From contig NC_087251.1 of NCBI RefSeq assembly GCF_037042905.1, positions 49,105,358 to 49,169,357 on the forward strand: 64,000 nt of DNA. The letters run 5' to 3'. The DNA comes from Lytechinus pictus (lineage: Eukaryota). The translations under genes were made by a program, and so were the position numbers. A model generated the notes under the pieces. It saw nothing but the letters and a program-made list of their open reading frames with translations, was not told the origin of the DNA and did no database searches. Below are positions 1-11,354 of the stretch, piece after piece; the stretch's first letter is position 1; each line of letters opens with the position of its first letter.

Positions 1-623
1 CCACCCACCCATCTATCCTCCTATCCATCCATCCATCCATCCATCCATCCATCCATCCATCCATCCATCCATCCATCCATCCATCCATCCATCCATCCAT
101 CCATCCATCCATCCATCCATCCATCCATCCATCCATCCATCCATCCATCCATCCATCCATCCATCCATCCATCCATCCATCCATCCATCCATCCATCCAT
201 CCATCTATCCACCTATCTATTCATCCATCCATCCATCCATCCATCCATCCATCCATCCATCCATCCATCCATCCATCCATCCATCCATCCATCCATCCAT
301 CCATCCATCCATCCATCCATCCATCCACCCATCCATCCATCCACCCATCCATCCATCCACCCATCCACCCACCCAACCATTCATCCATCCATCCATCCAT
401 CCACCCATCCATCCATCCACCCATCCGTCCACCCACCATCCATTCATCCATCCATCCATCCATCCATCCATCCATCCATCCATCCATCCATCCACCCATC
501 CATCCACCCATCCGTCCATCCACCCATCCATCCACCCATGCATCGATCCATCCATCCATCCATCCATCCATCCATCCATCCATCCATCCATCCATCCATC
601 CATCCATCCATCCATCCATCCAT

Positions 624-658
<35 letters not shown>

Positions 659-703
659 CCCGTCCGTCCATCCATCCATCCATCCATCCATCCATCCATC
701 CAT

Positions 704-739
<36 letters not shown>

Positions 740-1045
740 CCATCCGTCCACCCACCATCCAGCCACCCATCCATCCACCCACCCATCCATCCATCCATCC
801 GTCCGTCCGTCCGTCCGTCCGTCCGTCCGTCCGTCCGTCCGTCCGTCCGTCCGTCCGTCCGTCCGTCCGTCCGTCCGTCCGTCCGTCCGTCCGTCCGTCC
901 GTCCGTCCATCCATCCATCCATCCATCCATCCATCCATCCATCCACCCACCCACCCATCCACCCATCCACCCACCCATCCATCCATCCATCCATCCATCC
1001 ATCCATCCACCCATCCACCCACCCATCCATCCACCCATCCACCCA
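1..1045. repeat. Compound tetranucleotide microsatellite (CCAT)n/(CCGT)n/(CCAC)n, intronic in WARS1
   Basis: Directly visible. A pure (CCGT)n block at about 797-907 is embedded in (CCAT)n. It explains the spurious MDGW-repeat ORFs. Confidence 0.98.
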
Positions 1046-1270
1046 TATATAAGTATACATTTTTAAAACCTTTCTTGCATCACCTTCCAGAAGTGATCTA
1101 TCTTTTGCTTTGTGCTCCTTACTAAAGGTATAATGTTCTGAAATTAACATGGCTTCGGTAGTTCATAAAGTGAAGTAAAAATGTAGAAAGGACGTGGGGT
1201 CAAAGTAAAGACACAAAATTATCATTTTTATTTTTGGGGGCTACTTTTTGCAACCTACTGCCTAAATATG

Positions 1271-2468
1271 AACAAGTGGAACGCCCATGGCAGTCTCGCC
1301 TGCATTACGCAATTTAATATAGCAGCAGTGCTAACTTTGAAAACTACTATAAAATAATCATTCACAAAAACTCCATTCATATAATGACATAATACCACGT
1401 TCATTGACCATAAATGACATTTGAACGGTGACTTAAGACTTGTCAACTACATCCATGTCCACATTTCAATCACTCTATCTATAAACTTTCAAAGTTATGA
1501 TGGCAATTCAACAATTACCCCAACATGGCCTAAGTTTATTGACCTTAACTGACCTTTGACCTTGGTTTTGTGACCTGAAACTCACAGGGGATGTTCAGTG
1601 ATACTTGATTACTCTTATATCCCAAGTTTTATGAACTAGATCCATAAACTTTCAGAGTTAGGATGGTAATTTAACAAATACCCCCAACACGGCCAAAGTT
1701 CATTGACCTTTAATGACCTTTGACCATGGTCATGTGACCTGAAACTCGTACAGGATGTTCAGTGATACTTGATTACTCTTATGTCCAAGTTTTATGAACT
1801 AAATCCGTAAACTTACAGAGTTAGGATGGTAATTTAACAAATACCCCCAACACGGCCAAAGTTCATTGACCTTAAATGACCATTGACCATGGTCATGTGA
1901 CCTGAAACTCGCACATGATGTTTGCTAATACTTGATTAACCTTATGTCCAAGTTTCATGAACTAGATCCATAAATTTTCAAAGTTATGATAGTAATTCAA
2001 CAAATACCCCCAACTTGACCAAAGTTCATTGACCCTAAATGACCTTTGACCTTGGTCACGTGACCTGAAACTCGAGCAGGATGTTCACTAATACTTGATT
2101 AACCTTATGCCTAAGTTACATGAACTAGGTCCATATACTTTCTAAGTTATGATGTCATTTCAAAAACTTAACCTTTGGTTAAGATTTTGAAAATAATTCT
2201 CCCAACATGGTCAAAGTTCATTGACCCTAAATGACCTTTGACCTTGGTCATGTGACCTGAAACTCAGGCAGGATGCTCAGTAATACTTGATTAACCTTAT
2301 GTCCAAGTTTCATGAACTAGGTCCATATACTTTCTAAGTTATGATGTCATTTCAAAAACTTAACCTTAGGTTAAGATTTGATGTTGACGCCGCCACCGCC
2401 GTCGCCGCCGCCGTCGCCGTCGGAAAAGCGGCGCCTATAGTCTCGCTCTGCTATGCAGGCGAGACAAA
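1271..2468 (+). mobile_element. Helentron-associated (HINE/DINE-1-like) non-autonomous element, copy 1
   Basis: Starts AACAAGTGG, then subterminal IR GTCTCGCCTGCA. Internal tandem units of about 163 bp contain TGACCTTTGACCT. A (GCC)n tract precedes the 3' hairpin GTCTCGCTCTGC-TAT-GCAGGCGAGAC and an A-run. A second copy lies at 9656-10618. Confidence 0.75.
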
Positions 2469-2624
2469 AATTGAATCAGCTTGTAATGTTGCAATGAATG
2501 GGGATTGCCTTGGGCTCTTTAGAGCATTTCAAGGGCAAAATTGCCCCAAGCCCCCATCCTCTTTTTTTCACTCATACATTAAAAAGGTATATCATTTTAT
2601 GGAACTGCCCATTACATCCCTTAC

Positions 2625-2737
2625 CTGATCTATTGCACATGGAATGAGACATGGGATATCCTTCTTTGTCCCAAATATCGCTGGGAATGAATTGCTAAAT
2701 GATGGAGAGGCTTGAATGGCTGGAAAGCTGATTTTAC
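2625..2737 (-). CDS. WARS1: Tryptophanyl-tRNA synthetase (cytoplasmic), coding exon 6 of those visible; gene continues beyond window start
   Basis: AG/GT-bounded 113-nt exon encoding [38 protein letters not shown] (AIDQ motif of eukaryotic TrpRS). Phase 1 in, phase 0 out. Confidence 0.96.
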
Positions 2738-3405
2738 CTGTTGGAAATTGAGAAGGGAGTGGAAAGATCACATGAATATGATCACATGAATATGATCCCA
2801 TAAAAGATCATCAGAATGATATTATTCAATATTTGAAAATAACTTCTCATTTCTAGTCAACATTATTAACAAATCTGAACCTCTGTCGACAAGTTCACTC
2901 GAAAGTACAGCACAATAACAAAACATTTTTTTTGGGGGGGGGTGGGTCTAATAAACCACTTTTCTACTTCCTACACATCAAAATGTTCTTAGATGATCTT
3001 TGTTGGTTTGCATGGTGGAGTTTATAATGTGGAGAAGGTTTACGGTTCAACATGTGTAATGTGAAGAAGGAAGGAAATACAGGCAGAAAGATTTAAATTG
3101 AAAGACGAGATAGGATGAAAAGAGGAAATTAGAAGTATTCTTTCTTGAAAGTGAGTGAAGTCCTGAAAAGGACTGTAAACCAGATGAGATGAGCTGAATA
3201 TGGCTTGAGTAGCAATGGTTTGAATAGTAGCAGGATGAGGTGAAGAGAGGTTACTCGACGTTTCGGGCAGGCTGACTGTCCTGAAGACCGATATTATTGG
3301 CAAAGCCGCTCATACACCATCATCTTGAATCAGCATGGTGAAACAATAACCTCCAAGTAACTTGGGTGGTCACAGTTCAAAATTATTTCCATAGAAAACC
3401 TTTAA

Positions 3406-3569
3406 CCCTATCTAGGCCGGGGTATTTTGGGAGTTCATATGGCTCAAAAGTTGCGCAAGACTTAAAAGTAAAAAGTCGCAGAGCGTCGCGGTAAAAAAAT
3501 TTGTGCGGTGAAAATATTGCGCGAATCGTTGAGGGGGGGGGGGGGCTCCGAGCCCCGGCCTGGATAGGG
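3406..3569. mobile_element. piggyBac-type MITE
   Basis: TTAA at 3402-3405 and 3570-3573. TIR CCCTATCTAGGCCGGGG / CCCTATCCAGGCCGGGG (16/17). Confidence 0.8.
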
Positions 3570-4401
3570 TTAAAATGATGGTCAAATTGTTATCATAGCT
3601 GCTTATGTAAAATTATATACAAGCCTTGCTGTGCAATATCATAATGCAGGGAATAATGATTGGTAAAGATCATCATTACACTGAATGGCTTTTCTTCATG
3701 GAATATCAGAGGTATCCCACCTGTTTGGGCCAACATTGCCCTCATCCAGTATTCATGAAATATATTATCTAAGTCATAGAATATTGCTGGTATCCTATTT
3801 TAACACTAACCAGACTGGGATTTTTTGGTGTTGTACGTTCGCGTGACCACGCCAAAATTTGGCACGCATATTTCTTACCACTTAAACTACAAGCCAGTTT
3901 AAAAAATAATTATGAATATTATTATCTTTTATTTATTATGAATAAAATATGCAAATTTATTCGTGAAAAAACATTATTTGCAAATTTAACACCCAATTTC
4001 ACTTCAAATTTTCTTCTTTTTTTCCAGATTTAATCTTTGTAATCTAATTTAAACATTTTCACAAAGAAAAATTGTGAAACCCAATTTTTTCCTTATGTAT
4101 TTTTTTGTTTTTAGAATTTTTTCTTTCATATAGTACTTTTAGGATTAAACCCGTTAAACCATCCTATATAAGACAGTGGTGCTCAAACGTTAGTGAAAAT
4201 CAACATATTCAAAAAGTTCAAGTTCTGCCATGGTTTAGACATCTAATTGTGAAGTCAGCTTATGAAATATTACATTCAATAAAGTTTGTTTTTCTGGGCA
4301 TGCCATACATTGTAGTAGTTGTGTACATTCGAGGAGTGCATTTTGTGGTGGGATCACTAACTTTTTTAGTGCTCACAACTGTAAACAAATATTCTACTTA
4401 C

Positions 4402-4502
4402 CTATACAATCACTGTCACCGAAACCAAATATACCCTTCACTTGGTTATATGTTACACACTTCTGTACTTTTAACATGTTACGGTAGAATTCAGGACATG
4501 AT
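4402..4502 (-). CDS. WARS1: Tryptophanyl-tRNA synthetase, coding exon 5 (absent from ORF track)
   Basis: 101-nt exon ttcatcag|...|gtaagt encoding [34 protein letters not shown]. Phases (2 in, 1 out) fit the neighbouring exons. Confidence 0.96.
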
Positions 4503-5619
4503 CTGATGAAAGAAAATAAGGCAAATGAAGCCAAAATAGAAGACTGAACAACTTCAGTAAAGTATTAATTACAATGATTGCAACAATGGACATAAAGATG
4601 AAGCATTAGAGCTGCATAAACTTTTTTTTTTTAACAATGTTTAGTGGAAAAATAAATACTGTATATGTTTATGATAAAGTAAATATCATCATAACATATA
4701 AATAAATAAACAGATTAGTCAAATCACTTTTTAAAAACGAAATACTACAAATTTATTACATGCCTGTACATTAATAATAATTGAGAAGAAATGCTAGTTG
4801 CATCTAGATTTTTTATGCACATTGATCGTATCATTCACCATGATTCTAGCTGGAGTCATCTCAGGCATAGGCCTCATTGGGCTAATTATCATAAGATCAT
4901 TTATTTATTTGATCAATTTCTTTCCTTTTTAGGCGATTTTCATTTCATCACTTTTTCTTTACTTTTTTTTTAGCAAATACTATTATTTATTTTTGAAGAG
5001 ATTTTGGTTAAGATGTACAGTATGTGATATACAGATCAATATATAATATAGAAAGTGTACTTAACTCATATTGTCAATGATTTTCTGTTACTTGTAATTT
5101 TGTTTGCCCCCCCCCCCCCCCCACTTCACTTGTGCGCCTTGAGCATCTCTCACAAGATGGATGTGGCACCTCCCAAATTGCATATTATTATTATAATATG
5201 AGTTGACAATCATTTTGAATTGATGTTTTCGGATTGTCTGACTTTATTTCCATAAATCATGGGGAACCATACTAAGCTTCAAACTTTCTGCATATTTCAA
5301 CTCAAACTTCATCTCCACTTCCTGGAAAGAAGAATTAATTTGCATGATTTTCCTCAGAGCTGGGAATCTAGTCATATTTGAACAGTCCATCCATTGGTAT
5401 ACTCATGCTTGACTTAAAATTACTTGGTCTAATTGACAGGTTGAATTCTACATTTCATTTTTTCAACAACCAGTTCATCTATTTAGGATATTGTTTAATT
5501 TCCACTAGACCCAATAACCAGTTTGTCCAAGATCCAGTTTGGATAACCCTATTTAGTACTTGGGATAATTTCAACATGGTTATAAAGAGAACATGTTAAT
5601 CAGACCAAATACATTTTTT

Positions 5620-6035
5620 ACGAGTACCGAAGTGATATCACAATTTTTTTTTTTTTTTTTTTTTTGGGGGGGGGGGGGATTTCAGCATTTTTTATACCAT
5701 ACCTCCGCAGGGCATGATGAAAATTGAAAATTGAAAAAAAAAAAACAGCATCCCAAATTTGGTGGGAATCGGTCCATGGTGCCCTCATGAATACATAATT
5801 AGCCCCACTGAAGTCAATGTATCATTAGCCTGGTTCATAAAAGATCTAGGCCGATAATACATTGATTTCAGTGGGGCCAATAATGTATTCATGAGGTCAT
5901 ATCTTGGGGCCCCATGGACCAATTCCCACCAAGTTTTGGGTTGTGGAGGTATATCATTATCAACCGTAATATGGAGAAAAAAACGGCGAAATAAAAATTT
6001 AAAAAAATTGACGATGTCACACACCAGTACTCTAT
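5620..6035. mobile_element. Degenerate foldback MITE
   Basis: Imperfect inverted arms (GGTGGGAATCGGTCCATGG / CCATGGACCAATTCCCACC; GCCCCACTGAAGTCAATGTAT / ATACATTGATTTCAGTGGGGC) and GAGTAC...GTACTC ends. Confidence 0.55.
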
Positions 6036-6133
6036 AATTCAAAGTGGCAATTAGACCTTCTACCAATTATGGTAAATCAAGTGAAATGAAACATGGACCA
6101 AAATAGTTAAGTCCAAATGAAGTTAATAACCTG

Positions 6134-7146
6134 GGGCCCGTTTCTCAACACATGGACATGTTAGTCATATATCTTTATCCACCAGCCACGGAGTTAGTTC
6201 CAATCTTACTAAACCTGTTTCTCGAAAGGCTTCCTAAGTAGAATACATTGATATCGAGAGCAGACGAGACGTAGCCTTAGTCACAAATTAGCATAATTTA
6301 CAAAAAAAGAAAAATTATGACAAAATTGCAAATATTGTGATGAATTGGGAAATAAATCTTTTAAAAATAATAGCACAGGTGAATTATGCATCATACATAC
6401 TTAGACCATGAAGACTAGAGCATTCAATTGCACAGAAAATTAAATTATGAATAATTCATTTCATGACTAAAAAATCACTTGTGGACGTTGAGATGGGTAC
6501 CCCCGGGATATCCAATTTTGATAGTTTACGAAAGTAAACCATAACGGTTTTCTTTGTAAAATGATAATTATACGGTCTTTTACGATTCCAAACGTAATCA
6601 AAATATAGTTTAACGAAACATTTTTAATCATTTATACCGAAACATACAATATTTGACAAATTATATGCATAAATTAAAGATAGAATTTATCCAACTGTAT
6701 AGGGGTTTGAAAACAACAAATACGAGTTCAGTTATGGATGGCCTGACGTGGTAGAATCTTTATCAATTAAATCATTTTACTATTTCAAAATGAATGGTTT
6801 TGTGGCGTTTTACCAACGGTTTTTATAGTTTCTTTGTATTACAATTATCATTGAATGCATTAACCCACTTGTTTTGTGATGTAATTTCAACCTCTATGAT
6901 TGATTACGTAAGATTATAATTTTAAAATTTCTAGGCACTTTTGCATGTCATAGTCTACCCACGTGATTACACTACGTCATCAAAGAAAGAAGTTAAGACA
7001 GGTTCGGAGCTGTCATAAATATATAGTGAGGTTGTTGTACCCGATCTTGGTAAAGAGGGCTTCGTGAAACGGTTAGCGGACAAGTAGCTCACTATCTCCG
7101 ATTTAGTCAAGAAGTTAGACTTATGACGGTGTTGAGAAACGGGCCC
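6134..7146. mobile_element. PIF/Harbinger-type MITE
   Basis: Perfect 17-bp TIR GGGCCCGTTTCTCAACA with a 3-bp TSD CTG on both sides. Confidence 0.8.
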
Positions 7147-7241
7147 CTGGGGCACATTTCAAGATTGGCCGACAGCAAGTTAGAAAATCACTGAAAAGTG
7201 ACCAAGTGATTTCAGACAAAGCATGCATGTACAGTACTCAC

Positions 7242-7424
7242 GCAATATAATTCATATCTGAGAAGATGAAAGTCTTGTTGACATCAAACCCGCAGGCGAT
7301 GATGTCCTTGGCATTCTCATAACCCAGCTTCTGAGCTTCCTCAGCTTTGAGATCCTTCCACAAAAACTTTTCATCGTCAGTCAGCTGAATGACTAGAGGC
7401 ACGTCAAATACATCCTGAAGCCAC
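7242..7424 (-). CDS. WARS1: Tryptophanyl-tRNA synthetase, coding exon 4
   Basis: 183-nt exon encoding [61 protein letters not shown], with tcttag| and |gtgagt boundaries. Confidence 0.97.
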
Positions 7425-7879
7425 CTAAGACGAGAGAATGGGATAAATTTACATCTGACATGAATTTTTTTTTTTCGTAATCCCTCCATCCCGCTGCGCC
7501 TCGGAATAGTTTACTAGAAAGATGGCGCATAATAAATGCTGTGTTTATTATTATTATTACTAACTATCAGCAGTGAAAAAAAATCATCACAATGGAGACT
7601 GCCAATACAATTAAGCACAAAGGGGGAGAGTGTATTATTATTATTATTATTTTGACTTGGCTCACTTTTATTAGATAAGCAGTTTTCAGCAGCTTCTTTT
7701 TGCTATCATTATTTGGAAAAAGAATCTACACCTGGCTTATTTAGATAATTTCTCAGATAATTGCATATTATCTCCAAGAATCATTTGGCACACATTTGAG
7801 TTGTCATTTTAATGCATTCTGCTTGAGGTCATGTTGAGATCATTGCAACTGGCATTCATGTTTACAATCACATACTCAC

Positions 7880-7999
7880 TTGGTGAAGATAAATGGAATA
7901 AGATGACCAACATGCATAGATGTAGAAGAGGGTCCTCTTCCAGTGTAGAGAAAGAAAGGTTTCTTTGCTTCATAACGTGTAAGGATTTGATGGACATCT
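7880..7999 (-). CDS. WARS1: Tryptophanyl-tRNA synthetase, coding exon 3 (HIGH motif)
   Basis: 120-nt exon encoding [44 protein letters not shown] is the class I HIGH motif. Confidence 0.97.
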
Positions 8000-8398
8000 C
8001 TGCAAAAATCAAAGTTAAAAAAATGAATTTACAATATCTAACATATAAATCAACACACAAATTTAATGATAATCATTTATTGCATCAAAAAAATAAAATA
8101 CAAACATCACATTACATGCAATATCAATCAATATACAATTTTGACAATAATCATATCTTATTTGAATAAATTTCAAATTCATGGTTTAAATTACTATATA
8201 AACTAATTAGTTGACTAATGTAATTCAAAATGTGAGATAACAAGTCTTTAAGAAATACAAAAATATTAAAAAAAATCAAATCTAAGAAAGACAAAGGTCT
8301 GACTCACACTCTTGATTTTCTCATCCACTGAAAATGAATAAGCTTTGTGTGAGCAGCTATTCATAACCAACATTAGAACTAGATCCACTTATACATGT

Positions 8399-8914
8399 AT
8401 ACAAATAGCGAATAGGCATGAGTGCGATGGTGCGAGATTTCGCATGAGGTGAAAGAAAGATGCTCTATTCAACGAGGCGTGAGCCAAGTTGAATAGAGCG
8501 TTTCTTTCTTTCACCGAATGCGAAATCTCGCACAATTGCACGAATAAGAATATTCGCTATTTGTGTTGTACAACGCCTCGGAATTTAGCGAAAATATGAA
8601 AAAACAAAGAGTTTATCCCTATAGTAATCTATGAAAAGGGAGCAAAAATACCGAAAGCAGAAAGCAAAATCCCACAAGCGCACATGACCTTGGGCAGCCT
8701 TGCGCATTTAGCCAGCTGGCTTATACGCGTATTGTTCATTTTTACCGAGCGCAATGAATTAAATCGTATTGTGACGTCACCCCCTAAAGCCGTGCAACGG
8801 TACATTTTGGACGGTACATTTTGGATGGTACGTCTTTTGTGCAACGGTAAGAATGTTTGACATTCAGCCTCCCATTTGCTCGCGTACAACAAGCTAAGTA
8901 GGCGTTGTACAACA
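8399..8914. mobile_element. Hairpin-plus-IR non-autonomous element, CryptonV-like architecture
   Basis: Imperfect hairpin of about 165 nt at 8401-8564, centred on GAGGCGTGAGCCAAG. A perfect 15-bp IR TGTTGTACAACGCCT follows (8564-8578 / 8900-8914). No TSD seen. Family assignment is from recalled architecture only. Confidence 0.45.
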
Positions 8915-9279
8915 TAGAAGATGTACATGTATAGATAAATTTACATGGAGAAGAATGAATCAATGTAGAGACTTCACATTACACCATGTATGCTTTCATG
9001 GATATATCATCTGAAGAATGCATAAATTTGATTTTAGATGGTCCTATTAAGGACCAAACACATATATGCCCTCGAAAGCACACAGGGTGTACCGTCAAGC
9101 CTCTATTATCTATTAATAGAATTAATTTATTTATTTATAAACTAATTATTTAATTTATAATTTAGAGATTTACTATCATTTCTTTGTTTGATTGAATCAA
9201 TCTTGCCTGCATATGATACATTTAAACATTCTCCTCCACTCCTTGGGGAGTACTACAGCTTGCCATCTTAATTCTTCAC

Positions 9280-9388
9280 CTTTGTGAAAAGAAGATCCCT
9301 CTTCTAAGAAAATGATGTGGCTTATGACCAGTTATTTTCTCAAATCTCTCCAGTAATGCATCATCTATCTTGGTGCTCCCAAATCGAA
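9280..9388 (-). CDS. WARS1: Tryptophanyl-tRNA synthetase, coding exon 2 (absent from ORF track)
   Basis: 109-nt exon encoding [37 protein letters not shown], with gacag| and |gtgaag boundaries. Confidence 0.96.
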
Positions 9389-9529
9389 CTGTCAATATTA
9401 AACAAAAAATAATAATTTTAATATGATACATAAAATTTCGAAACAGTTTGAAAACAGTAGGCTAATTTTTATAACACTGAAAGGTTTACACCAAAAGTGA
9501 TTACTTCATCCACATGTTCTTTTCATAAG

Positions 9530-10775
9530 CATGTCCCTGGGAAGCAGGGGTGCTGAAGCACCCCCAAGATTTTCCTGGGGGGTGCTGCGTGTATTTTTCT
9601 CCATAGGCAGCACCCCTGGAATTGTGGTAGGTGCGAAAACAATGATAAATGTAACAACAAGTGGAATGCCTCTGGCCGTCTCACCTGCATCACGCGATTC
9701 AATATAGCAGCAGTGCTGATTTTGAAAACTACTATAACTCGCACAAGATGTTCAGTGATACTTGGTTACTCTTATTTCCACGTTTTATGAACTAGACCAA
9801 TACACTTATAGAGATATGATGGCAATTCAACAAATACCCCCAACGTGGCCAAAGTTCTTTGACCTTACATGACCTTTGACCTTGATCATGTGACCTGAAA
9901 CTCGCACAGGATGTTCAGTGATACTTGATTACTATTATGTCCAAGTTTTATGAACTAGACCAACACACTTTCAAATTTATGGCTGTAATTCAACAAATAC
10001 CCCAATTTGGCCAAAGTTCATTGACCCTAAATGACCTTTGACCTTGATCATGTGACCTGAAACTTGCACAGGATGTTCAGTAATACTTGATTACTATTAT
10101 GTCCAAGTTTCATGAATCAGATCCATAAACTTTCAAAGTTATGATGGTAATTCAACAGATACCCCCAATTCGGCCAAAGTTCATTGACCCTAAATGACCT
10201 TTGACCTTGGTCATGTGATGTGAAACTCATGCAGGATGTTCAGTGATACTTGATTAACCTTATGTATAAGTTTCATGAACTAGGTCCATATATTTTCTAA
10301 GTTATGATGACATTTCAAAAACTTAACCTTAGGTTAAGATTTTGATGTTGATTCCCCCAACATGGTCTAAGTTCATTGACCCTAAATGACCTTTGACCTT
10401 GGTCATGTGACATGAAACTCAGGAAGGATGTTCAGTAATACTTGATTAACCTTATGGCCAAGTTTCATGAACTAGGTCCATATACTTTCTAAGTTATGCT
10501 GTCATTTCAAAAACTTAACCTCAGGTTAAGATTTGGTGTTGACGCCGCCGCCGCCGCCGCCGTCGCCGTCGGAAAAGCGGCGCCTATAGTCTCACTCTGC
10601 TATGCAGGTGAGACAAAAATTACCTAAAATTTTTAGTGAAGAAAGCCCCCCCCCCCCTTTTTTTTGCTTTTAAAAATCTCATACCAAAATGGCGTTCATT
10701 TTTTGTGAAACCGTTTTTTTGCTTGTCAAATTTACATCAGCACTCCAAGTAAAAAAAATCGTTCCCAGGGCCCTG
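9530..10775. mobile_element. hAT-type MITE hosting HINE copy 2
   Basis: 8-bp TSD TTCATAAG (9522-9529, 10776-10783). TIR CATGTCCCTGGGAA / CAGGGCCCTGGGAA. Same family as 32147-34409, in the opposite orientation. Confidence 0.8.
9656..10618 (+). mobile_element. Helentron-associated (HINE-like) element, copy 2
   Basis: Same layout as 1271-2468 (AACAAGTGG start, ~163-bp tandem units, (GCC)n, 3' hairpin), nested in the hAT MITE. Confidence 0.75.
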
Positions 10776-10989
10776 TTCATAAGCCATGAATTTCTATGTT
10801 CATGACATCACTTCTGTCTTCCAAACAAATAACATTAAATAATAATTCTGATTCTTAAATCTTGACATTCAGTAACAATGGATGTGACAGTAAGAGAAGT
10901 ACATGGAAATTCAATAAAATTCAAGTTCATCTTATCAAAACTGATAGGATATTCTGACATGAGCAACAAAAAAAGGAAAATGCAAAAAA

Positions 10990-11141
10990 TAATCATCATC
11001 ATTATCATCATCATCAACATTTGATCATGATCATCATCATCATCAATCCATCATCATCATAGTCATAATCATCATCATCATTATCATCATCATCAACATT
11101 TGCTCATGATGATGATGATCATCATCATGATCATCATCATC
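10990..11141. repeat. Imperfect (CAT)n trinucleotide repeat
   Basis: Directly visible. It produces the Met/Asp/His runs in the ORF track. Confidence 0.9.
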
Positions 11142-11176
11142 GTACATCTCGTTGCACATCAAAGTTATAAACTTAC

Positions 11177-11354
11177 GAATAAGTTTGTCATAGTCTATTC
11201 CTTTGCTGGATGAAGTGGCTACATTCCACGGGTCGACAATATCTTCCTTCGCATCATCATCTGCACCATCACCCTGTTCAGAAGCTTGGTTCACCTCACC
11301 AACCTTCAAATCTTCTATTTTAGCCTCAATAGATTCTGCCTCCCCAGACATCAT
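11177..11354 (-). CDS. WARS1: Tryptophanyl-tRNA synthetase, first visible coding exon
   Basis: Acceptor tttag| before 11358, ATG at 11354, donor |gtaagt at 11176. Encodes MMSGEAESIEAKIEDLKVGEV...KEDIVDPWNVATSSSKGIDYDKLI, with the VDPW and GIDYDKLI signatures of eukaryotic TrpRS. Confidence 0.92.

Noticed and set aside
13..1150. MDGW/HPSI-repeat ORFs up to 309 aa
   Set aside because: Translations of a stop-free tetranucleotide microsatellite.
1500..2370. Regular repeats suggestive of a CRISPR array (also 9750-10530 and 19800-20350)
   Set aside because: These are contiguous ~160-bp tandem units without unique spacers, in eukaryotic DNA with no cas genes.
3274..3315. Plus-strand hammerhead starting at CTGAAGA 3281
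   Set aside because: The second box reads CAAA rather than GAAA, and no stem I forms.
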